From the human T2T-CHM13v2.0 reference genome, Homo sapiens, in the NCBI RefSeq assembly GCF_009914755.1, contig NC_060931.1: a DNA stretch of 64,000 nucleotides; one strand, 5' to 3'. Below, in pieces: positions 15,171 to 26,199 of the stretch. The position numbers and the translations under genes are program-made. Each line of letters opens with the position of its first letter. Position 1 is the first letter of the stretch. Under the pieces are notes generated by a model. The model had not been told where the DNA came from. It did no database searches and saw nothing but the letters and a program-made list of their open reading frames with translations.

Positions 15171-15853
15171 ACAGAGCGTGCACGTTAAACAGCAGTGCAC
15201 TTGTGCTGACGAAACAACCTCACGTCTGCACCTGCTCCTGCCCTCTCTAACAGGTCTCACTGCCCTCGGCTCCGGGGTCACACAGAAACCATTAGGAAGA
15301 GAAAACCAGCCCAGGAAGAAACAGAGTCCAGGCCCTTCCTGGGCAGGATTAAACAAGGAGAAGAGCAGTAGCCCCAGGGGCTGAGGGAAGCAAAGTTTTG
15401 AGGCATGAAGAAAATGTCTGCTGCAAGCAGCACCGTCTGCCCATGTTCTCCACTGACCTCGAGGCATGTTGCCGTAAGGGCCACGCATGTTTGTAGGAGA
15501 AGGCTGAAGGAAAGAGTCTTTCTCAAATGTGAGTCAATTACATACTGGATCTGAGAGCAGATGGGGCCTTCCCCGCTCCAAGTCAGCAAGAACAGAAAGG
15601 TCCACATCCCGGGCCTGCGTAGGAGAGAAGCCACCGCCGTTCCCAGACTGGCATTCTGGGAAACTCAACACAGGGAGAAGGGAGCTTTTAACTCCATCAC
15701 CCAGGGCTCATCCTTCACAAAAGGTAACAACTTGCAAGGTCAACAATGTTTCTGGTGATTTATATAACACTGACATGAAAACAACTATGTGGAGGGAGAA
15801 CTCTGAGGACTTGCAAAATCCCATTTAACAGAGAAATGAGTGTCAGGCCTTAC

Positions 15854-15980
15854 CCAGGGAGACCAGCGTCTCGTAGTTGCCCCTCATCACGTGCTTGTAG
15901 AGCTCCTTCTGCCAGTCCTCCAGCTTGCCCCACTCCTGCTCGGAGAAATACACGGCCACATCATCAAAGGTCACGGGCAC
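15854..15980 (-). CDS. ZNF746: ZNF746 exon 3, KRAB-A box ([42 protein letters not shown])
   Basis: Acceptor gtggttccAG|GTG and donor CTGG|GTAAGG; 127 nt, the typical KRAB-A exon size and phase (0 to 1). Translated by hand; not in the ORF track. Confidence 0.95.
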
Positions 15981-16068
15981 CTGGAACCACAAGTGTCACA
16001 CTCGCTCACCCACACGCTCACGGGTTTGGCCGCTTGGGCTCCCACACCCCAAGGCGTCCCAGGGCTAC

Positions 16069-16368
16069 CTTAGGGGACTCCCCCTTGCTGCCCGGGGGCA
16101 GCCGCAGGATCCAGAAGTTCCTGTTGCGCAGCAGGTTCTCCACGTTCTCCAGCCGCCTCTGCAGCAGCCCGTACTCCTGCAGCAGGGTCCCCAGCACGGC
16201 CCACTTGCCCTCCAGCTGGTTCCCGAACTCCACGGCTGTCTTCTCGCAATCAGCCAGCTTCTTCTCGGCCATCCCGGTTCGACCTTCTAGGGAAAGCAGG
16301 CGAGCAGCCTGCGATTCAATCTTCCTCTCCATGGCCTGAATCGTGGCTGCCATCGTCCACGGAGAAAT
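16069..16368 (-). CDS. ZNF746: ZNF746 exon 2, DUF3669 coiled-coil domain ([20 protein letters not shown]...[19 protein letters not shown])
   Basis: Acceptor tgtttctgaaAG|ATT and donor AAG|GTAGCC; 300 nt open frame (ORF 16018..16353-). DUF3669 signature shared by ZNF746/777/282/398/212/783. Confidence 0.95.
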
Positions 16369-18744
16369 CTTTCAGAAACAAAAGAGAAACTGGCATCACT
16401 CATTCCATCCACTGTCTTCATTGAGCCCCTCTCTCCCTAGGCACGGGGGAGTTGGGCTGGGAGTCCATATGTGTGGACAAGTGGGGCTATCCTATACCAC
16501 ATGCCAGATCTCAGGTTGGCCATCACCTGCTTGGGTATGTTAGGTCTATGTCTGGGTGGGTGCCTTTACTCCAGGCCTCTGCAGCACAATGCAGACCCTT
16601 ATCACGGTGCTTATCACCCTACACAATAATTTCCTACCCACACCTACACTGTGGGCTCCCTGAACATGGTATTGCATCTTTTCATACCACTGTCCTTGAC
16701 ACATGGCAGGTACCCAGTGCAATTTTGTTACGTAAACAGTGACTTAGCATTGCTGGGCATTTTAGTGGAGAAATGGTAAACTGCAGATTTACTAGAGCGC
16801 AGCCTGCACCTCCCCTCATGATTACACAGGAACTGTCTACTGATGATGACCCAGCAAAAAAAACAGCTGGTTCACTGAAACGGCACAAACAAGAGTATTG
16901 CTCAATTTCTTTTTTCTTTTTTTGTTTTTTAAAGCATCTCATGTCCCCTTTTAACAAACATAAAAATCTAATGGCCAGTTCCTCTTCCCCCAGGACAGTC
17001 TCATTTTGTCACCTTCCCATCTGCCCCTCCCCCACAAGCTAAAATCCCCATGACTGCAAATCTCCATCAGTCCAGAGTTAGGCTTTTTGACACTGCCTGA
17101 GCCCTACAAGATTCTTTCTCTTTCCCAATTCCCACCCCCTCAAGGTAAAAATGACGGCCTCCGACATTTTTGTAGCTGTACCAGGAGCAGTGACATACCC
17201 TGCAGTCTGGTGAGGAAAGTACATATATGCCACAGTTAGACTTGTATATGGACAGCAACCATCTTAATTAGAGACGGGGGCCTTCCCTGTCATTGGAAAT
17301 GTTCACATGGCGTATCAGTGACCGGCAGCTGGGACAAGGAAGAATGGGCACATTTTGCGGTGGGTAGGGAGCTGGACTGTTTGAGCCACCCACATCTGAA
17401 TGTGGGACCTACAGGGCACAGAGGAGCTCCTGGTATCGGGACCTGAGGATCAACGCCTCCTTACAACATTCTGCAAAATAATTCCTCAACAAAAGGTTGG
17501 TGATTATTTCCAAAATGAAGAAGTAGCTACTAGAAACCAGTGTGGATTCACTTAGAGAAAGTCACTGAGAACTAGAATGCGGATGGACAGCTCAAAAAAT
17601 AGAGACAAAAGGAGAGTTTGAGCAGAGGGAGAAACAAACTTGTCTAGGACAGTGCTTAAGATACTATCTATTTGGAAGGAAGCAGGACCCAAAGAAGGTA
17701 GGACTCTAAGGGGTCTTCAAGGCTGGGAGATTCTGGACAAGCTGAACTGTTTCTAGGCGAAAACCCCAATGCGGGTGGGAGTCTTGCTCTCAAGGAGTAG
17801 GTGGTCCTACAGCACCTGGGTGGGCCAGCGTGGTTCTGGGCTTGAGTCCACCTCCACCTAAGGCCACTGTTCCTTCCCTCACCTCTCCTTTCTCAGATCA
17901 ATCCCTGTCACGTGATCCCAGACGCCAAGAGTTTACTCCAGAAGCTTCCTTTCAACTGGTCACCAGCTCCTTATCCACTGAAATCCTACCCATCCTCCAC
18001 GTGCATTATTACAGTCTTTGTGTGGCATGAAAGGGACCTCTGCTAAACTACTTTATTAAGAAAATATTAGTCTTTTACTCATGGACAACAAGGTGCATGG
18101 TTTTCTTACAGTTCTGATGGGGCCAGGAAACCCTGTGTAAGGTCTTCACACTATGTGGTGGGAGGTGGCGACTGTGCGCTGCTCACTCCAGCCCAGCTTC
18201 TTACTGACAAGTGGCTGGAATATGTGGGGCTGTCCTTGGACTCCTGCCAGGGGAGCTGAAACTCTTTGCTTGAGAGGAGCTGATGGTAAGAGGAGCCGGA
18301 TCCCTCATCCACTGCCCACCCGCAGGATGAAGTCCAGGCATGCAAACCCCTTCTTAGTCTCTCTCTGCAGACTCCTTTCCCACTGCCTCCAAACCAAAAC
18401 CATCTTCTCCAGGCTCATGGACTCCTTTCTGTGCCTGCACACGCCCTGCACTGTCCCGTCTCTCTGCGCCTTTGCCCAGGCACTCCTCCCTCCCTGAAAG
18501 CACCACCGGTCTAGCTGGGCCTGAAATCCTAGCCTTCCCTAAAAGCCCGGCTCAAATCACAGAGGCGCAGAGCATCAGGCCAGGAGGGGTGGACAGCGGT
18601 ACCAAGAGGCCCCCTGACACTCCTTCCCCCGGAGCCCACCGCAAGCTTCCACCTGGGCGCCAGCACTCACCCCTTTCTGTTTTGCACGATTATTGCCCGC
18701 GTACCAGCCTGCCTGGTCCTTGAACACACAGCCACTGTGTGTCT

Positions 18745-18872
18745 TTTCACACTTTCCAGCTGGGTAAGCCTGGGCAAGTTAAGTTCTCTAGGCCCCGGGT
18801 TTTTCTTTTGTATGACAGAGATTAACACCAGTACCCATCCCACAGGCTTGCTGTGAGGACAGACTAACGCCT
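18745..18872 (+). mobile_element. MIR fragment
   Basis: ctgggcaagtt...ctctaggccccgggtttttcttttgta...cacaggcttgctgtgagga core. Confidence 0.6.
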
Positions 18873-19376
18873 CAACAGGGCTTGTGGAAGTGCGTGGCTC
18901 TATATTCCCTTCCGCGCCGACCCCGGGAAGCTGGGCACGTAGTGGGAGTCGGTGTATGCGGATTCGAAGCCGGACACCTCCCAGGTGCCACCAGGCCGCT
19001 GCGGGGGAGATGGAGAGGGACCTACAGGCCGAGCGCCAGGCAGAGAAAGGAGCCGCGGGTGGGGGGGCACCCAGAAGGAGGGGACAGCGGCTGGGGCGGG
19101 GGCAGGAAGCCCCGGAGGGCCCAAAGAACTTGGCGTGGGGCGGCCCGGGGCGGGGACAACCGTTCCGCCAGCGCTCGGGTTCGGCTCGGAGTGGGGGCCC
19201 GGCCGACGGGCGCAGTAGGCCCCGGCGGACCCCGCGCCCCATTCGCGGGAGCCCCAGGCCCGGTGGTCCGGCCCGGACCCCGGAACCCCTCCCCAGGGCC
19301 TGCGGCGCCGTGTGCCGGGGCCGGGCCGCCTGGGGCCCCCAGGCCGCGAGTCCCTGCGCGCGCGGGTCGCCCTTAC

Positions 19377-19400
19377 CGGAGCCGCGACCGCCTCGGCCAT
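19377..19400 (-). CDS. ZNF746: ZNF746 (PARIS) coding exon 1, MAEAVAAP
   Basis: GCC-ATG-G start at 19400 inside a CpG island; 24 nt, then donor CCG|GTAAGG; phase 0 joins exon 2. The peptide matches the ZNF746 N-terminus as I recall it. Confidence 0.93.
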
Positions 19401-19577
19401 GGCCCTGCGCTGTCCCGCCCGGCCCGGAGGAAGTCGTCGTCGCCGCCGCCGCGCGCGGCACCACGCAGGCCCGGCCGCCCGGTGCTCTCCGCAGGCGGCG
19501 CCTGCCTGGCCTTTCCTCTGCCGCCGCTCCTCGCTGGCTGCCCCTGCGCCGCGCCGCCCGCAGTCGCGCCGCCTCCG

Positions 19578-19604
19578 TCAGCGCCCGGCCGGTCCACACT
19601 GCAT
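19578..19604 (-). other. Candidate upstream ORF MQCGPAGR*, in frame with the ZNF746 ATG
   Basis: AGG-ATG-C (A at -3) at 19604; TGA at 19580-19578; 204 nt (68 codons) upstream of the main ATG. Requires a TSS above 19604. Confidence 0.55.
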
Positions 19605-20925
19605 CCTGGGAGCCGGCGCCGCGGCCCGGCAGACGAAGGCCCGTGAGGCTTCCTGGAGGCAGCGCGGCCGCACAGCCCCACCTGCAGCCTGAGAGGCGAA
19701 CGGCAGGCGCTGCGCCCGCCTGCCCGCGGCCCCGCCCCGCCCAGCCCCGCCCGCGGGGCCCGACGGGAGGACCTAGCGACCCCGGGCCGACCCCGCGACC
19801 CCGCGACCCCGCGACCCCGGCCGGACTGCCGAGCGCGGGGGGAGTCACTGCGCTGGCCCCGCGGCCCAGCCCGAGGACTCGGTTATTGAAAGGGTCCCCC
19901 TCATGGGACCCGCCTGGCCGCGCCCGCGGGCGAGCACGGGCTTCCGGGCAGGGCGTCCCCCGGGTGACCGCGGCCAGGGCGGCCTGGGATGCCCGGCTCC
20001 CCTTCCCCCGCCCCACGGGCACTTCTGCTGCCCGAGGTCCTGGGTCTGGAGGTTTAGGCTATTTTGGGGAGGACAGATGTAACTCATGCCCACCTGTGTT
20101 TGAAATGGAATAAATACTTCCAACAACAGGAATATAGTTCGGTAAACCCCGGTAGGCAACCACTTAGCATTTTCTGTAATGGGTTTATTACAGTAAATTT
20201 TTTTAATGGCATGAGCAATGGGACGCAATACCATCATTTAAAATGATTTCGGTGAAGGTCTTGGTAGGAACAGATGTTCATGATGTTTTAAGAGAAAAAG
20301 CCTGTCCAGGACGATCCTGTCTTTGTTTTAAAAATAACATTTTAAAACAATATAGGACATATGTAGCGTCATATACTGCGTACATGTATAATTACAGTTT
20401 TGAAAAGTTTGGAAGCATATATATCAACATGGCCTCAGTAGTTCTATTAAAGGTCTATTCCTTTAATAGACCACGGGCCGTTTTTATGCCTTTTCTAATT
20501 TTTTCCAATTCATGTTTTTATTTTTCCATGACAAGGATAGTATTTTTAAACAAGGAGAGAAAAATAAAAATTTAAATGTTCTCAAAGAGGCCAACCAGAG
20601 CAGGGGAAGGAGGGCGCCTTGGACGGGCCCCCACGTAGTTTCAGAGGCTCATTGCCTTTCAGGAACACGACTTGCTCATCTGTGTATTCCCCAAGACTAA
20701 CTAGCCAACTGCCTAGCACACACTGATAAGTAAATATGTGAGAGATCTGTAATCTTTTTCAAAGAAGGCAGACCTTACAGAATAGATAAAATTTGAGCTG
20801 GATCTTGAAGAATTGGCAAAATATTGATAGGCAGAGAGCATTTCAGACCAGAGGGTGGTAGTAGAGGTGTGAGCTGGATGACAGCCCAAAAAAAAATTGA
20901 TGTAGGAAGATATAAAGCATTTTAG

Positions 20926-21460
<535 letters not shown>

Positions 21461-22439
21461 GGGTTGAGGTAAGGGTGAAGCTGGGGCTCTGCAGACAGCC
21501 AAGTTAGGGTAATGATGACTTGCTCTGTCCTCCACTGAAGACAGGCATCTATTGCAGAGCATCTCTGGTGCTGGTTTTCCAGCCTCTATTTGTAAAAAGA
21601 ACGAAGATAAACCTCCTTGGATTGATATATGAGGCTTCCAAAGCCTTTCCCTCCATTTTGGGCACAGGTGTCAAAAGCAGGCATGAGAGTTTCCACTCCT
21701 GTGCCTTTCCTCATGCTTTTCCCCTCTCCTCTTGCCCACCCGAAGTTCTCACACCTTTTCCAGACCAGCATATGCCCTAATTCTTCCAATTAAGTCTCTC
21801 CATGCCAATCACGGCTGCAGCAAGCTCTGCATTGTCCCAACTCTAATAATTTTTATTCTCGGTGCCATTCATATGGCACTGAGAAAAAAATTACAATACA
21901 AGGTAGTAGTTCCTAACTCACCTCTTGGATTATAAGTTCCCTGAGAGCAGGGACTATATCTTATTTCTCTTGTCTCTCCTGCAGTGCCTAATACTGGGCA
22001 GGTTTAGGCAACATAAAGTAATGATTTAGTACAAGTCTTAATTGATTGCTCTGTGTGGTGTGATCAACTGTGGTCCAAAGAATCATCCCCTCCTCTGCTC
22101 TAATACTTCTGCAGCCCCTACCGTCTCCACCTTCCTGCTGAGTATTCCTAGAAGAAAAATCATAAAGCATTTTCAACACACCCAGAAGGAGCCTGGAAGG
22201 GCTAGAGAACATGAGACCACATGTCAACTCAAGGTGTCAGGGAGGCAGGAAGTGTGTGGTTCATACTGCACGTAGACTGTGTAGATGTAGGGACTATGGA
22301 CCCATGCACCCCTATGAGTGCTTCCTATACTCCAGCAGGTACAGCAGAACAGGTGGACCTCTATTTTTCCAGCTGCTCCCTTAGGCCTGAGCTTTTCCCC
22401 TGGGACCAGGCACACAGCCTAAAAGTTCAGGCTTGGGGT

Positions 22440-22779
22440 TTTCAAAAAGACTGTGGTAATCATTGCTGCCCACTAATATTTCCAGCTGGTTTCTCTTGAA
22501 GACCATGGCTGGATGGCACTTCCTGGTTTCTTCTGGCTGGGTTGGACCATGTGACAAGTTCTGGCTGATGTTTTTTCTTTCCCTCTACTATGGTAACCCA
22601 GCAATATTTGAGGAGGTGGGTGCTGTATTTGCCTGCATCCTGGAGGCGGGGGACATTGAGTAGACTCCCCAGCCATCCCATGATGAGCTACTTACAGCAT
22701 GAACATGAAACTTTTTGTTGTAACATGGTTTGGGGGTTGCTTGTTCCACAGTTTAACCTAGCCTATCCTGACAGATACA
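22440..22779 (+). mobile_element. Old MLT1-type MaLR LTR (3' part)
   Basis: 3' end ttgggggttgcttgttccacag...cctagcctatcctgacagataca; 5' boundary uncertain. Confidence 0.55.
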
Positions 22780-23357
22780 AAGGCATGGTGAAAGTTGGCC
22801 AGGCATTGCAGCAGGCATCCTTGGGCTCCAGGTGGTGTCTGCTCGAGCTTAACTTCCCTTACATTGTCTGAGTGCTCTCACATTGAGCGTTACCCTGCAG
22901 CGGTTAGATGTGGTGAAGTGCTGGAGAACTTGCAGCTGGCCCTGGAGTCTCTCCCATGGAGCCAGTGCCAAGTTCCTGCCTCAAATCCCTCAGTGAAATT
23001 TGCAGATGCGGATGGTCAGGGCCATGGCTCTGAGAAGCTACCTCCTTTCCTTCTGCTGGGAGCTGGGAGACTCACAGTCCTCTGGGGTTGGCTGGCTGGA
23101 GGCCAGTGCCTCAAAAATATTCTATACCAGAGCCCTTGAGTACAGAGAAAAGTGAATGTATGTCCTGTGGGTCTGGACGCTGCCTGAAATGGCCCTTGGT
23201 GAGCCAGAAGTTGTGATAAATTGTCATACTTTAACAATCCATTAAATCTTGTCTCCTTTATAAAACTTCTGTGCTTGTTTTAATTTTAAAAGATTATTTT
23301 GATTTATTGACCAGAGTAAAAAATTTATTTGATGTTTCAAAACCCCTCTCTTGCTCC

Positions 23358-24014
23358 TGAAATGGGAACAATTCCCTCATCCGCCTCTCAGGGTGTGAGA
23401 TGGGGGCTGCAGCTCACTTTGTCAGTGCCCCGCTGCTCAAACCTCTAGCGGGAGCATGTAGGCAGGCAGGCTGTGGGGCTTATCACAAGGACAGAGGGCT
23501 TTCTGTATCCTGGGGTTCTTGCCTTAGTGTGCCAGAAAAATTAGATCACGCGTGGGCTTGGGGGATGGGTGCAAGGCTTTTTATTAAGTGGTGGCAGCTC
23601 TCAGTGAGGTGGATGGAGAGGCCAGAAGGAGGATGGAGTGGGAAGGTGGCCTTTCCCTGGAGTCAGGCCACCCAGTGGCCGGGCCCTCCTCCGACTGGCC
23701 TCTGCTGAACTCCGTGTCGTCCCGTCATAGATGGCCTGCCGGCGTCTGCTGGTGTCTGCCCGTGTGTTCTTCTGCTGTTGAGTTCCTCTCGATGTCCAGC
23801 TGCTCGTGTCCGTGCCCACTAGGGTCTCAGGATGTTTAAAGGCACAGGATGGGGTGTGTGGCAGGCCAGGGTGGTCTTGGAAATGCCACATTTAGCCACA
23901 GAAACAGAAATACCTGTCCTCACCTAGGTCAGTGGGCACAGGCCTGAGGGTAGAGCCTTTGCCAGGGACCCTGCCTTTCTCTACCCAGCACTTTCCTGCC
24001 TCCCTCCTGTATCA
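23358..24014 (-). mobile_element. Solo ERV1 LTR (LTR1/LTR27/MER52-like)
   Basis: TG...CA termini with a perfect 4-bp TSD CTCC (23354-57 and 24015-18); the minus strand begins tgatacaggagggaggcaggaaagtgctgggtagag. Confidence 0.88.
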
Positions 24015-25204
24015 CTCCCACATCCCTCCTCACCCTGGACCTCCCTTTCAGGGGGTCCGTGCCTCCGTCTGAGAAGCATAGCTCCAGGCATCTCAGGTGT
24101 TGCTGAGTTTCCACCATGATGGCATCACCCTCTGCCAACCTGGAGGTAAGATCCTGATGTGGCATTAGAAAGCCAGGGGCAAGGTGGGCAAGTGGCAGAT
24201 GTGTGGAGGAAGTTTCAGTGCCCTGGCATCCATGATTGCCTTTCAAGTTTTCTAGAAGCGTCCATAGCCTCAGTTATTCTGATATGGTGATGTTAAAACC
24301 TGCCTACACCTAGGGTGTTTATGACTGACAACAGCTTAGAGAGTGACCCGTCCCAGGGCCCTGGCATCTTCTCTGGGGTCAGAACTTTGAGCGACAGGAA
24401 TGAACAACAGGGCATTCCAGACGCCCTCAGCAGAGTGCAAGTCTCTGCACCTGAGCTCTCCAGGGCAGGAGTGAGGTCACCTTGCGCCAGTGGAGGTGAG
24501 GTGGATGGTAAAAGAATATAGGAGGCCCTTCCATATTTGGAGCAAACTCCAAATATGGAAATATGGAAAAATCCAGACATAAGAAACAAGCATCAGAGTT
24601 TTGTTTTTAGATTCATTAAAAATTTTTAATAACTAAAGTTATTGAATTCTCCCATAACTAAAATCTCCACAGCTTTTGAAAATAGTGTTCTAGGTACAAA
24701 AATTAGATTTCTCAAGGAGTACTTACTGTGCAGAACATGGCCCACCCCAGCAATATTATTAATTATAATAGAAACAAGCTTATTACTCAGGTGCTGACTC
24801 ATATTTACAAGAGATTTTGAAGTTTTATAGGTCTGACCTTTGAGTTGTCAATTTTTGAGGACCTCACAATAGTCTCTCATGGCTTTCAGAGTGGGGGAAG
24901 CCTGTCACATCAAAGCCTAGCCAGATGAAATGAAGAATATTTTATAGGGACACTGAGTCCTTTTGAGCTTGGCTAGGGACAAAACCCACTCAGTAGAAAT
25001 TAGTCAACAAGTCTATACTGAGTACTTACTGGGTCCTCAGCCAGATTATATATGTGAAACGTATATAATCAAGGTGACAGTATTTTCTAAACAGAAAACT
25101 CACGGTTTTTAGTATAACAAAAGATCTTTATGTCATTTATTGGTGCTAAGAGATAGTCTGGGAGATGCAATTTGGACCTCAAATATAGAAAAATATGGGC
25201 CAAT

Positions 25205-25690
25205 TTATGCATTCATTTGAATAAAAGAGAATATGTGAAATTATGATTGTCCAAGTATGCATGGTCCTTTGTTCAACAAAAACTGCCCAGGGTTCAGCAC
25301 AAAGATGAAAGCTGCAGTCCTTGCCTCAAAGAGCTCACTGTCTAGTCAGAGATGGATGTGCAAATCAACAACAATCAGGGGATAGATGTGAAAACAAAAT
25401 TCAGGAGAGTGAATAAGGAGTGCTAAGTCTTGTCTGGGACTCAGGGATCGCTTCTCAAAGCAGGTAACTTGAACTGAACAGAGAAGGATCAGTAGACGTT
25501 TGCTAAGCAAACTTGGGTCAAGAAATATTCCAGACAGGAAATAGAATGTCTGAAATATGGGGGAATTGGACCATGCATAGAGAATGACAAGAAAATTCAG
25601 TATGGTTAGAATGGTGGGTGGCCATAGGATGGGGTGAGGGATGAGAGGCGAGAAATAAGACTGAGGTGAGATCATAAGTAGTTCTGTATA
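25205..25690 (-). mobile_element. L2 fragment
   Basis: gcattcatttgaataaa...cagtccttgcctcaaagagctcactgtctagt pattern. Confidence 0.55.
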
Positions 25691-25713
25691 CCATGTTCAT
25701 AATTTATTGTAAT

Positions 25714-26008
25714 TTTTATGTTTTTTTTGAGACAGGGTCTCACTTTGTCTCCTGGGCTGGAATGCAGTGGCATGATCTCGGCTCACTGTAGCCTCAACCT
25801 TCTGGGCTCAAGCAATCCTCTTGCCTCAGCTTCCTGAATAGCTGGGACTACAGGTATACGCCACCACACCTGGCTAATTTTGTTTGTTGGTGGAGATGGG
25901 TTTTTGCCATGTTGCTCAGGCTGGTCTTGAACTCCTGAGCTCAAGCAGTCTACCTGTCTTGGCCTTCCAAAGTGTTAGGATTACAGGTGTGAACCACTGT
26001 ACCCGGCC
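25714..26008 (-). mobile_element. AluJ
   Basis: gagacagggtctcact and ctgggctcaagcaatcctc J-type features. Confidence 0.88.
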
Positions 26009-26161
26009 TCATGTACGTAATTTAGATGCTATTATCTAAGTCAAGTGCTATCAAATCATTTTAGCTCCAAGCCCCGTTCTTCAAATAAAAATCTGAGAAG
26101 TGCAATATAGAAATCGGATCAATGAGAAACTGCCCTGTGGGAGTCTCTCTCTCTGTCTCTC

Positions 26162-26195
<34 letters not shown>

Positions 26196-26199
26196 TGTG
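26162..26199. repeat. (TG)n microsatellite preceded by (TC)n
   Basis: Direct reading. Confidence 0.95.

Larger units (their letters stand above)
18880..20040. promoter_or_regulatory. CpG-island promoter, 5'UTR and exon 1 of ZNF746
   Basis: Very GC- and CpG-rich block; clustered GC boxes (ccccgccc) at ~19720-19752; no obvious TATA box. The TSS cannot be read from sequence alone. Confidence 0.92.

Noticed and set aside
14724-19400. Assignment to the paralogous pseudogene ZNF767P
   Set aside because: All four exons and splice sites are intact, and the residues ([26 protein letters not shown]) match ZNF746 as I recall it. A BLAT search would settle it.
19434-19452. (CGG)/(CGA) run in the 5'UTR as an expansion locus
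   Set aside because: Only about 3+3 units, too short to call unstable from sequence.
18667-20113. Long ORFs of 451, 409 and 254 aa on both strands
   Set aside because: They lie in the CpG island, where stops are rare. The products are low-complexity Gly/Arg/Pro/Ala with no domain, and several frames are open at once.
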